Source: Methanomassiliicoccales archaeon (lineage in GTDB: Archaea; Thermoplasmatota; Thermoplasmata; SG8-5). Taken from it: DNA of 53,787 nt. The notes beneath the pieces were generated by a model. It ran no database searches, had not been told where the DNA came from, and saw only the letters and a program-made list of their open reading frames with translations. Of this stretch, positions 1-9,900 are shown one piece after another. The translations under genes were made by a program, and so were the position numbers. The stretch covers positions 1 through 53,787 of the forward strand of contig JAUWNU010000002.1 in the NCBI GenBank assembly GCA_030612505.1, in the 5' to 3' direction. Each line of letters starts with the position of its first letter. Positions within the stretch are counted from its first letter, which is position 1.

Positions 1-2
1 TA

Positions 3-128
3 AAACATCACAACCAGAACGGAAAATGGGAAAAATATTCTCCAGCCAGAGAACAAGGATTGACAAATCATAACTGGACAATGCGAGAATTATTGACATT
101 TCCTTATCACCAAATATCAACCAATTAG
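3..128 (+). CDS. 3' end of an ORF cut by the window edge; tail tentatively resembles a DDE transposase C-terminus
   Basis: Open frame from nt 3 to TAG at 126-128 reading ...SPAREQGLTNHNWTMRELLTFPYHQISTN*. I associate the PA..GLT.H.WT..ELL tail pattern with C-termini of IS transposases (from memory, unverified). It is absent from the ORF track because its start lies outside the window. It overlaps the 3' end of the convergent gene 117..956 by 12 nt. Confidence 0.3.
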   Translation, partial: KHHNQNGKWEKYSPAREQGLTNHNWTMRELLTFPYHQISTN

Positions 129-956
129 GGGGGCACTACCTGATTTTTCTAAAAATGCGTTTTGCAGTAGAAAACCAAAATTACCATTTTTATATTCATT
201 CTTTTTGGCATGTGTTACCAGTGCCGAATCGAAATTGCTCCCAAGCGGTTTTTCCATTATCGTTCTCAAATTCTTTTTTTGCATTGAGATAAATTCCATG
301 GCCGAGATAGAATATCTCTCAAAATTCTTTTCAATATAATCAACCAAATTTTGCTTTGCTATACCTGGATCAAATTCATCTTTATTGTATACCTGGACAA
401 ACAATCCCGGATGTTCTATGTGTCTAAATGTAGGTACTATAGCAATACTGGAGATCCTATCATAATTTTCATTGTTATCAAATGCCTCAGTAGCACTACC
501 TCCGACCTTAGAGAAAACAATAATTGGCCATATCATATTTTTATTTGGAATACAATGTTTAATGATATCGATTGCTGTAATACTGCCTCCTTTCAATTGA
601 TAATCTATAATTGGGAAATCTGATAATGAAATCATTTCTATAATCATATCTTTTTCAACTAATTCATCATTTTCATCTAGTGCCCCATTAAAGAAAAGTG
701 GTAATGGAGTAATTCCTTCTGCTTTAAATCTCCCTAACCATTTTCCAAATTCTATAAGGTCTGGGGAATCCTTTACTGAATCTTTTTTCTTTTTAATTTT
801 TTTCTTAGATTTTGGTTTTGCTGGGGGTTTTCCTGACTTAGTTTCAGCTTCAATAGGAGTAACTTCAGCGGGAATGTCCAATACGTCATAGCAATCGTCT
901 ATGATTACGGCATTTACAAGAATATCGTTTATTCTTTGTTCTAGATCCGTAGTCAT
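117..956 (-). CDS. Atypical receiver (REC)-domain protein with a Lys-rich insert and an unknown ~110-aa C-terminal domain
   Basis: Beta1-like AVIIDDCYD with an acidic pair. Putative phospho-acceptor segment FPIIDYQLKGGSITAIDIIKH followed by WPIIVFSKVG, which is the CheY-like order. A KPPAKPKSKKKIKKKKD insert follows beta1. Its ATG overlaps the stop of the upstream kinase gene (ATGA at 953-956). Confidence 0.65.
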   Translation of the reverse strand: MTTDLEQRINDILVNAVIIDDCYDVLDIPAEVTPIEAETKSGKPPAKPKSKKKIKKKKDSVKDSPDLIEFGKWLGRFKAEGITPLPLFFNGALDENDELVEKDMIIEMISLSDFPIIDYQLKGGSITAIDIIKHCIPNKNMIWPIIVFSKVGGSATEAFDNNENYDRISSIAIVPTFRHIEHPGLFVQVYNKDEFDPGIAKQNLVDYIEKNFERYSISAMEFISMQKKNLRTIMEKPLGSNFDSALVTHAKKNEYKNGNFGFLLQNAFLEKSGSAPLIG

Positions 957-3900
957 TCATTCATCACCAAATCCTCTTTGAAAACCGAAATTTTAAATTT
1001 TGGCCCCCCTAATCCTTGTGAATCTTTCCGCGTTTCAAGAGTTAAATCCCAGTCAATTGCCTTAAGAATTTCCTTTGATAGGTATAATCCTAATCCTCGG
1101 CCATTTTCTTTAGTTGAGAAAAATGGACTGAACAATAAATGTTCTGATTCCGCCCTAATTTCAGGGCCAGAATTTGATATAAACAAGTTAGAATTATCAT
1201 ATTCTATGCGAATTATTTTTTCTTTCGCTAATAGAACCCAATAAAACATATTGTCTAAGATATTACATATTACTGGAAAGAATCGACTTAATGATGTAAT
1301 CACATTCAAATCTTCAGGAACATCAATTATCACGGTAATTTTATTCCTTTTCATTCGAGGTTCAAACATCCTTATAATATCTTGTAGTGTATGATTAAGA
1401 TTTATGGGTTCACGATGACTATGCCTACTTTTATGAAGAGGTTCCAGAGCCATCAATCGAGTAGAAACAGCTCTAATTCCAGAATCTAGAACTTTCAACC
1501 AATGTTCACCATACTCGTCCATCTCATATTCATTCAATTCACGAATCGCATCTCTGATGATAATTATGTATTGTGAAAATTCATGAGTCATTATATCAGA
1601 GGTTAGGCCGATATTCGCCAATTCATATAATTCATCATTCCTTCTTGCTTGCTCCATATAAATAAGGCTGTTTTCATCATAAGTCTCTTTACTAAGATTA
1701 TCATCAATTGGTATTGAATATAACGATTTATTGAAGGCCATGTTAGTTTTATCTAAATGTTTTTCTACCTCTTTTTGTAAGTTCTGCAAATCTTTATTCA
1801 ATGATTCAACATGAGATGGGATTTCATTACTATCTATGCCCCTCTTCATAACTGTTTCTAATTCAGATATTCTACCTTTTAAAACTTCTATTTTCTCATC
1901 TAAATTATCATATTCCAATATTTTCAAAATATCCTCTTTGTTTTTATCTACATACTCATCGAAATTATTAATATGATTTTCTATAGTTTCATTATTTATT
2001 TCAAGTTTCTGGCTTGCTTTAAACAATAACTCATTTGCATCTTTGAGTCGTTGTTTTGATAACTTAATATTAGCTTCATTTGAAGTCAATCTTTTCTTTA
2101 GTTCAGAATCTAGTATCTTTAATAATTTGTTAATCTCTTTTAGAGTTTTTTTGTATATTTTTTCCATTTCAGTGTTATAATTTTCAACTTTATTTCTGAA
2201 TTTAATACCACCGTATTTAATGACCGAATCCGGAGGAATTAAAGGCTCTTTAGCAACTGTCACAATTTCTTCTTTCAGATTGTTAAGTTCTTTTTCCAGA
2301 GAATTTATCCCTATAATGTTATTTTCTTCAGAAATAGAGCGAGCTCTGTTTAGTATGCTGAAATATCCTAAATTTTCGAGCAATTCATCAGCATCAAACA
2401 CATCAATTATTTCTTCGTATTCCTTTTTCTTCTTTTTTAATTTTTCTCTTTCTTTTTTTTGTTTTTTCTCTAATGCCTCTTTTTGTTTTTTTATTCGGCT
2501 TCTTTCATCAGTACTCACTGTACGTAATTCAAAACCATCTTTCAAAAAGAGTCTTGCCATTTTCATGAGGAGATCTGTACAGGTTCCCTGGAGATAATTA
2601 TAATATTCATTTTCAATGAATCCTTCTCGACTGGTTTTTTCTTCTAATTTATAGTTCAAATCTCTTTGAAGAAATATTCTACCAAACGAGTTTCTGTGGC
2701 TAAAAATCCAAGTTCCTGCTTTTAAAGTCCGCCTTTTTTCAATGCCTAAAAAATCATTTTCAGGTTCACCATATGGTAAAATTCTAGAACTATCTATATA
2801 AACACGGATGCCTCCTTTCTCTAATCCCCTTCTTGAAATCAAACTTTGGATTTCATTCCATTCGTCTTTATTGAGATTTGTTTCGAATTCTCTACCCTCA
2901 ACATGACAAACTTCGATTTCAAAAGATCCACAATCTGAATACCTTTTCTGACCAAATTGATCCATTAATGGAAGTCCGTTTTTCAAAATTTTATTAACTG
3001 GCTCAATTAATTTATTGGGAACTCCTCTCATGAATAATTGGCCTTTGAATTTAGTGACACCATCATCATCCATTGCAATCGTGCCTTTGAATTTAATATC
3101 ATACATTTCCTCATAGTGTATTTCTTCTAAATCTTTTTCAATAAAGGGTTTTAAGTCATCTCCTTTACAATATAGTCTTGATTCGATATCTTGATTATTT
3201 AGAAGCCACATAAGTGTTTTTGAGAATCTAGACAAGGTTTGTTCATTGATAGGAAGAGTCAGATCCCAATTTGTTCTTAGAGAAGCAATATATAAAATTG
3301 TGCCAGTCTTATCCTTGCTCCATTCAATTTCTTTAATCAAATCTAATAATAGTTTGTAATTTGGTTTGAAATTATTAATCTCAATGAAAACGTTGTTAAA
3401 AAGATCAAATTGATCATCGAGAATATATTTATTCATTCTTTTAGCCTCTACAAACGGTACCCTATTTGCTTCCTGATAGTCCCTAAAATAATCTACAAGT
3501 TTATGGTCGGATTTATTTTTAGCACTAGTGAACCAACCATCTAATGCCAGATTGGATAGTTGAGCACCGACTAATTCTTCTACCAGATTATTAATGTTAG
3601 ATTTGTTAATAAATGGGACATGCTTATAAGGTATGGATACGTTTTCAAGTAAGAGATTTGGGTTTTGAAATAATCCCCAATTAATGTAGCTAATTACCCA
3701 ATGAGAATCTTTGGTTCTAGATATTATTAACAAATCTTCGCCTAAAGCATCAACTGCTAATCGACCTACACCTTTAGCACCTAACATTGGCCTACCTTTG
3801 GCAGTAGTTTTTCTGTTTTTTTTATTTGTAGTTCCAAGTACTAACCATTTGTCTAGGAAATCATCCTTTGACATTCCACTGCCGTGATCTGCCAAAACTA

Positions 3901-4024
3901 TGGCATCGTTCTCATTTTCTCCTGTTCCAAAATGCATTTCTAAATAGGGTGAATCAGCATCATGGGAGTTTTTCACCAGCTCGTTTATTGCAGTAACACC
4001 GTCTCTTATCTGCTGCCTGCCCAA
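953..4024 (-). CDS. Hybrid ATPase/histidine kinase: N-terminal GHKL (MORC/HSP90-like) ATPase, ~400-aa middle region, ~280-aa Lys/Glu coiled coil, H-box and C-terminal HATPase_c
   Basis: N-terminus: INELVKNSHDAD, ADHGSGMS, GAKGVGRLAV (GHKL N, G1 and G2 boxes). C-terminus: H-box MTHEFSQYIIIIRDAI (about nt 1571-1591), N-box ICNILDNMFYWV, SNSGPEI, FSPFFSTK and GRGLGLYLSK. The 3-kb ORF has no frame disruptions. Confidence 0.8.
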   Translation of the reverse strand: MGRQQIRDGVTAINELVKNSHDADSPYLEMHFGTGENENDAIVLADHGSGMSKDDFLDKWLVLGTTNKKNRKTTAKGRPMLGAKGVGRLAVDALGEDLLIISRTKDSHWVISYINWGLFQNPNLLLENVSIPYKHVPFINKSNINNLVEELVGAQLSNLALDGWFTSAKNKSDHKLVDYFRDYQEANRVPFVEAKRMNKYILDDQFDLFNNVFIEINNFKPNYKLLLDLIKEIEWSKDKTGTILYIASLRTNWDLTLPINEQTLSRFSKTLMWLLNNQDIESRLYCKGDDLKPFIEKDLEEIHYEEMYDIKFKGTIAMDDDGVTKFKGQLFMRGVPNKLIEPVNKILKNGLPLMDQFGQKRYSDCGSFEIEVCHVEGREFETNLNKDEWNEIQSLISRRGLEKGGIRVYIDSSRILPYGEPENDFLGIEKRRTLKAGTWIFSHRNSFGRIFLQRDLNYKLEEKTSREGFIENEYYNYLQGTCTDLLMKMARLFLKDGFELRTVSTDERSRIKKQKEALEKKQKKEREKLKKKKKEYEEIIDVFDADELLENLGYFSILNRARSISEENNIIGINSLEKELNNLKEEIVTVAKEPLIPPDSVIKYGGIKFRNKVENYNTEMEKIYKKTLKEINKLLKILDSELKKRLTSNEANIKLSKQRLKDANELLFKASQKLEINNETIENHINNFDEYVDKNKEDILKILEYDNLDEKIEVLKGRISELETVMKRGIDSNEIPSHVESLNKDLQNLQKEVEKHLDKTNMAFNKSLYSIPIDDNLSKETYDENSLIYMEQARRNDELYELANIGLTSDIMTHEFSQYIIIIRDAIRELNEYEMDEYGEHWLKVLDSGIRAVSTRLMALEPLHKSRHSHREPINLNHTLQDIIRMFEPRMKRNKITVIIDVPEDLNVITSLSRFFPVICNILDNMFYWVLLAKEKIIRIEYDNSNLFISNSGPEIRAESEHLLFSPFFSTKENGRGLGLYLSKEILKAIDWDLTLETRKDSQGLGGPKFKISVFKEDLVMNE

Positions 4025-4065
4025 CAGTTCAATAGTTCGGGCTTTTGATGAGAAGGAATGAAGTG

Positions 4066-5217
4066 CTATACAGATACCTCCACAGGTTTTTCTTCAGGTA
4101 TTATTACTTCATTAATTTGGGGCGAATATTCATCTAAAGCTTGTATTACAGTGTTAAAAACATCAACACCTAATCTTATTGGTACGGCATTACCTATCTG
4201 CCTGCCAGACGCCATCAAGCCGCCTTCAAAAATAAAATCATCGGGAAATGTTTGAAATCGAGCTGCGTGTCTAATTGTAATCCCATGATTTTTTGTGGGA
4301 TGAACAAACCGGCCTTTTGATGGATTTATGCAGCCAGTCGTAATTGTTGGACCCGGCTTTCTGGGATCAATCCGCCCATATACATCAAGATGTCCTCTAT
4401 AATTTTCATGACAGGGAAGAGTTCTATTTGATTGCAATCGGCTTCCGCCGTTTTTTGGTGTGCTTTTGAAAACCTCTATTATTCTTTCAGTATGGTTCAT
4501 ATGATTTAAGTTTGGGTCTTTTTTAGAAAGAGGTTTAAACACCACTTTGGCGTTAATCCATGCTGTTTTTTCATCCTTTTTCACCTCTTCTGATTTTGGG
4601 TTGTAATGAGTCGGCTGTGGTGGCCAGTCTAATTTTAATGGAAGGCTAGAAGATATGCCGATAATGAATACTCGCTCACGATTTTGGGGCACGCCATAAT
4701 CTTTTGCATTGAGGAGTGTAGGCCCATAAACACTGTATCCAGATTTTTTAGCCAGTTTTAGAAATTTGTTTAGATAATCAGCATGGCGAGGCCACAAAAG
4801 GCCAGACACGTTCTCTATAACGAAAACCTTTGGCTCTATAATTTTTACAAAATCAAAATATTTGATTATCAGAGTATTTCGAGGATCATCCACGCCTGCA
4901 CCTTTTATTCGGTGTGTAGAAAACCCCTGACATGGTGGGCCACCCATTAACACATCACATTCGCCAGGAAGCATGTCTGCGAGTTTCAGTAATTTATAAG
5001 GGTCAACTTCATTGATGTCATCTTCAATAAGTTCAGGTGGATTTTCCTGGCCATAAATAAAGTTTCTTCGATAAGTTTCGCAGGCATGTCTATCAAATTC
5101 AATGGCGGCCTTTACATGGATACCTACTTCTTTAGCAGCTAGGGTGAAGCCTCCTGCTCCTGCAAACAAATCGATTCCAGTGTAATAGCCATTCTTCACC
5201 TTCTTCCCTCCATTCAA
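4066..5217 (-). CDS. dcm: DNA (cytosine-5)-methyltransferase
   Basis: All canonical m5C-MTase motifs are present in order: DLFAGAGG (I), GGPPCQGFS (IV), ENV (VI), QNRERVF (VIII), RFQTFPDDF (IX) and GNAVP (X). It lies 41 nt upstream of the kinase gene on the same strand. Confidence 0.95.
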   Translation of the reverse strand: MNGGKKVKNGYYTGIDLFAGAGGFTLAAKEVGIHVKAAIEFDRHACETYRRNFIYGQENPPELIEDDINEVDPYKLLKLADMLPGECDVLMGGPPCQGFSTHRIKGAGVDDPRNTLIIKYFDFVKIIEPKVFVIENVSGLLWPRHADYLNKFLKLAKKSGYSVYGPTLLNAKDYGVPQNRERVFIIGISSSLPLKLDWPPQPTHYNPKSEEVKKDEKTAWINAKVVFKPLSKKDPNLNHMNHTERIIEVFKSTPKNGGSRLQSNRTLPCHENYRGHLDVYGRIDPRKPGPTITTGCINPSKGRFVHPTKNHGITIRHAARFQTFPDDFIFEGGLMASGRQIGNAVPIRLGVDVFNTVIQALDEYSPQINEVIIPEEKPVEVSV

Positions 5218-5652
5218 TCTGACATCTGATTATATATTATATTAATCTTATGATGGCCACATCTTTAAACTCCTTTATTATAATTTCCTTACGTTCACTA
5301 CACTATCGCTTCCACAGGCACGTTAGGGATAATAAATCTCAACCTGCCAGTCTTACAATTGCCCTATTTCCCTCTCTCGACAATTCCGAAATCACACAAC
5401 CTTTTTAGATTACTTCACAACCGAATTTTCCCCAATGGCTTTCACTGGCTTCGCAATCTGAGATCTCGATATTCTGGATGTCCTAGAAAGTGACATGAGC
5501 CTCTTTTCTCAAAAAGAAAGCTTGCTCTAAATAGAGTTAAATATCTGATTGAGAATATGAAAAATGGGAAAATTGCGATAAAGAAAATAAATGGTGAGAA
5601 TAATTGACAGATAACTATACCGAATATTACCAAAAAACAGGATTGATAACTA

Positions 5653-6930
5653 ATGAGTGAATTTGATAATTACATCGAATTGTTCAATAACTGGAAAATA
5701 ATTTCAGACACTAAAAAGAAGACATGCTGTAATTTTATCATTGAAACATCACAAGCGAGAGAGCTATCAATGGAAGAAATAGAATTGATTGCAAACGGTC
5801 TCGCCAAAAGTGGTTCTGCCTGGAAATGGCCAAACGATGTCCAACCAATAACAGATGTATGCTCTACTGGAGGGTCTGGATCAATGACAACGTTATTGTG
5901 CCCATATCTTATAGCAACTCAGAAAATTAAGATTCCACAGGTAAGTGTACTAGGGTCTATAGCGGGAGCTATTGACACATTAGGAATCATTCCGGACTAT
6001 TCCTATCAGTTGTCTCATAAGGCTATGTTGAAAGCACTTAGGACCGCTGGAATCGGGCATACATTAAATACTCCCGATATGGCCCCTGCGGATTTATTCC
6101 TTTTTAACCAACGGAAGGCACAAAATGCAGTGAATCTACCTGATTTAGTTATTTCAAGTTTATTAGCAAAAAAAATTAGTTCTGGACTTACAAAGGTTCT
6201 TTTCGATGTCCGAGTAGGTCCAGTTGGAAACTTTGGGACTACTATCGAGGAAGCCGAGCAGAATTGCAGAAAATTGATACAAGTCGGTAGAAATATTGGA
6301 ATTGATTGTACATGTGTTCTAACTAATCATGATACCGCGCCAATTCCTCTTTTTGGGAGATTGGAGAGTCTAAATGTATTATGGTCTGTAGCCAATGGAA
6401 TTGATTTAGATGCCTGGACCTTAAGCCATATTGAAACCAATATTGATATTGCAGCTATTGCATGCGAATCCATAAAAGGGGGTAGTATTAGAGGTTGGAC
6501 CGAGTCAATTCGAAAATCTATTCTAAACGGCGATGTTTTTGATTTAATAAGATATAATTTAAATAGTCAAGGAAGTAGCATAGAAAGTTTGGAAATGCTC
6601 ATAACTAAATATAATAAAACAAAAAAATATGCGATATATTCTCCTTCTGACGGTTATATTAATAGATTTGATTTTGTTAATCTCCGGAACATATTCCAAC
6701 AAGCTTATTTTGAATCCCCCATAATTAGTGGCTTCGATTCACCATTAGGAATAATCCTTAAAGTACGTGAAGGTGTTGAAGTTCATAAAGGTGATTTAAT
6801 AATGGAGTTAAGGGTCAATAATAAAGAACTTTTAAAACATACCGAAGAACTTAAAAAGGTTGTACTCATAGATAAAAAGGCAAAATCCCCCCCTCAAAAA
6901 AAGATTTTCAAGGTGATAAAAAATGGATGA
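5653..6930 (+). CDS. Divergent thymidine/AMP phosphorylase-family (glycosyltransferase family 3 + PYNP_C-like) protein
   Basis: It aligns by eye with the in-window AMP phosphorylase: CSTGGSGSMTTLL vs HSIGGAPGNKITLL; LLAKKISSGLTKVLFDVRVGPVG vs VMAKKKAVGADYFLLDIPTGPG; C-terminal GYINRFD...LKVREGVEVHKGDLIMEL vs GYVTFLD...LKKRGDHIEKDQPMFEI. It lacks the archaeal N-terminal extension. The SxR...GTxD segment is altered (VSVLGSIAGAIDTLG). Confidence 0.8.
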   Translation: MSEFDNYIELFNNWKIISDTKKKTCCNFIIETSQARELSMEEIELIANGLAKSGSAWKWPNDVQPITDVCSTGGSGSMTTLLCPYLIATQKIKIPQVSVLGSIAGAIDTLGIIPDYSYQLSHKAMLKALRTAGIGHTLNTPDMAPADLFLFNQRKAQNAVNLPDLVISSLLAKKISSGLTKVLFDVRVGPVGNFGTTIEEAEQNCRKLIQVGRNIGIDCTCVLTNHDTAPIPLFGRLESLNVLWSVANGIDLDAWTLSHIETNIDIAAIACESIKGGSIRGWTESIRKSILNGDVFDLIRYNLNSQGSSIESLEMLITKYNKTKKYAIYSPSDGYINRFDFVNLRNIFQQAYFESPIISGFDSPLGIILKVREGVEVHKGDLIMELRVNNKELLKHTEELKKVVLIDKKAKSPPQKKIFKVIKNG

Positions 6931-9900
6931 ACCTAATTATTCTTGCTTTCTGCACCCTCGCATTAGATCACAAGATCATCCAGATATTTGTCCAGAGTGC
7001 GGAAAATCATACACCGCTCCATTAGATGAGCCTCCTAAGTCGATAAAGGGAATGAATGTCATTAAATCTCTTGACAGGGGCTTCTATGGCGTGACATATC
7101 TCGTTAAGAATCCTATTACTCAAGGATTATTTACCATGAAAGTGATTCCAAAAAAAACTTATTCGAAAGAAGAAGGTTACAACAAAGATTTCAACCAAGA
7201 GATACAAAATCATAAAAAAGCTTCCGATAAAGAAATGACTGTTCCAAAACTCATTGATGCAGGAGAATGTGAGCTAGAAATTAGTGATTATACAATAAAT
7301 TGTTATTTTATGCAACTAGAATACATAGAAGGAGTCAGTCTTGAAGAATTCAAAAATTCGGGTGTGATTTCAGCCACTAGAATTTCTCAGGTCGCATATG
7401 ATTTATTTGAATTTCTATGGCAATTAGAAAAAGAGATGTTACATCACAACGATCTTCATAGTAGAAATATTGTAATCAAAACAGACTCTGTTGAATTTGG
7501 TAGAATAAATGCATTGGATAAAACTATTAGAACTTATGTAATTGATTTAGGTTCTGTCAGTGATAAGAATAGATCCGGTTGCGAGCATTATCGTGATATT
7601 ACCTGGATTGTACAACATGTCGGAGATATGATTTTCACATATTTGAAAAGAAATGATATTCCAGATAAAGAACTAAGGGTATTATCACGCCTTAATTCTT
7701 TAGTTCAACATTGTTTAGGAGAAGAGTATATAAGGGAAATTACACCAGAGGATTACTGTAATCAGATTAGAGATATCGTTAAACAAGGTGAAAATCCCTG
7801 GGCTCAACCTAAAGAATTAGTGACTCCAGGTGATCATTATAACGCTCAAACAATGCCCACGTATTATGCATCACACCTTTTTTGTGATCCTGAAAATAAA
7901 TGGTTTAACAATTTGATAAAACCTGGTCCGATACTTTTGACAGGGATGAGAGGATGCGGAAAAACTATATTGTTAAAATCGGTTCATTTTTTAGCCAGGG
8001 CGCAAAAATGTGAGGGAGAAGATACAGAAAAGTTCCTAAAGAGATTGGAAAATGAAAAGCATGTTGCATTTTTCGTTTCTTGTTCAGCTTTGTTAACGGA
8101 TCCAAAGAGCAAAAAATTGCACTTTCCTAATCATAAGCTCATTCTTGCTTTTTCATTGGATTTCATAAGGTGTGTTCGTTTTTGTGAATTAGAAAAAATC
8201 GGAGAAATTAATTATAAACAACTCGAACACCTTTGTAATACGCTGAAATTACTTATTCCATGGTTTGAGAAACCCTCTAATATTAACGATACTAATGCTA
8301 TTGAAAGGAGCATTGAAAAAGCAATTTTAAGAGCAAGGAGTATTAAGGATAATGAAGCAAGTGAACTCAATGTTCATAAAGATTTTGATAGGTTAGCTTC
8401 AATTATCCAAAGTTCTATAGATATCTGGAATAACAAACATATATTGTTTTTACTTGATGACGTTTCAGATCGTTACCTTCGTCAAGACAATGTAGATGAA
8501 GTTTTGAGTCAACTATGTCATCAAGCATCCAGATTTTCCTTTAAAATATCAACAGAAACACCTTCTCTAAGATTGAGGACTGGTGGTGGAGAATTTAGTC
8601 GTCTTGATAGGGACTATGAAGAATTTGATTTAGGAAATGAAGTTATGCAGGAATTGAAACATTCAAATTCAACATTTGTAGAGGATATGTTAAGAAAACG
8701 ATTAGATATCACCCCTCAATATAAGGGTTTATCTCCAAAATATATTTTAGATCAACAACCACTAATCGAAGTCGCTAGGAATTTAGTGACGAGATCTGGT
8801 AAACGAAGAGGAAGTTATTGGGGCATCAATGTCCTAGGAACCTTATCTACGGGTGATATTGGGGATTCCATTCTAATGTTTCATCGCATGCTTCAAAAGA
8901 TGACTCCAACAGATAATTCTGTCTCTAGAGAAGATCAAGATTCTGTTATATTCGATTTTTCTGAAAGAAAATTACGAAAACTTGCAATTCAAGACAAATG
9001 GCTTTATGACCATGCTATAGCGTTTGCCCAGGCGAGTCAATTGGAACTTAGAAAAAGTTATTCCCCTGAGCGGGGGAAACAACAAAGGATAAGACAATAT
9101 AACGAGGTATTTTTGAAGGTTGATCCAGAAGGGGCAGATGATATATTCGATAAGATTAATAGATTGGTGGAAATGGGTATATTTATTTATGCGGGAGGGA
9201 CACCTCGTTCTAAAGGACCAAAGCAAAAAGCCTCCTTATATCTCAAGCTAGCTTATCGAAAGATACTGGGAGTGACCAACCTCATGCCAATAAGTTTCAT
9301 GGATAGATTCGAGATATCTGGAGATAACCTTATCAGCTGGCTTAACAATCCAACGGCCAATAAACTTAGAAAGACAGTTGGTGCAAAACAAATTGAAATG
9401 GATAAAGTAACATTGAAAGTAATTGAGGAAACTGACTGGATAGAACAGGATGAAAAAATCATTATAGAACATAAACTAGTAATGGATAAATCAACTCAAT
9501 CTAGATTGTTATTATACAATAAACCCGAAGAAACTGCCTCTATGATCAAATGTAAATTACCTTTCACAATTGAGACAGAAACTCTTCGTTCTCTCAAGAA
9601 AACCGATATAAAAAATAAACACATAATTGGGGCCCTCGGTTTTGAAGATAGAAGCATAGGAACATGGAAGAATATATTGTCTATTGATAAACCAAGTGGG
9701 GTGACCTTCATTGGCTATAAAATAAAAGGATTTAGTGATGAAATATGTGACCTTCTTGAGAAGGAATCTATTCCCTTTGATATCGTTAATTATGACGATA
9801 TATTTTGTTTTAAAGAAAATGAGATAGATAAAGAAAAGATTAAGAATTTTGTAAAAGAACTTCCAACTAATGACATAATATTAGATGTGACTTCTCTGAC

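Noticed and set aside
5442-5633. 63-aa hydrophobic ORF in the divergent intergenic region
   Set aside because: Phe/Ile-rich translation of AT-rich DNA, with no RBS or TATA context. More likely promoter or UTR sequence for the two flanking operons.
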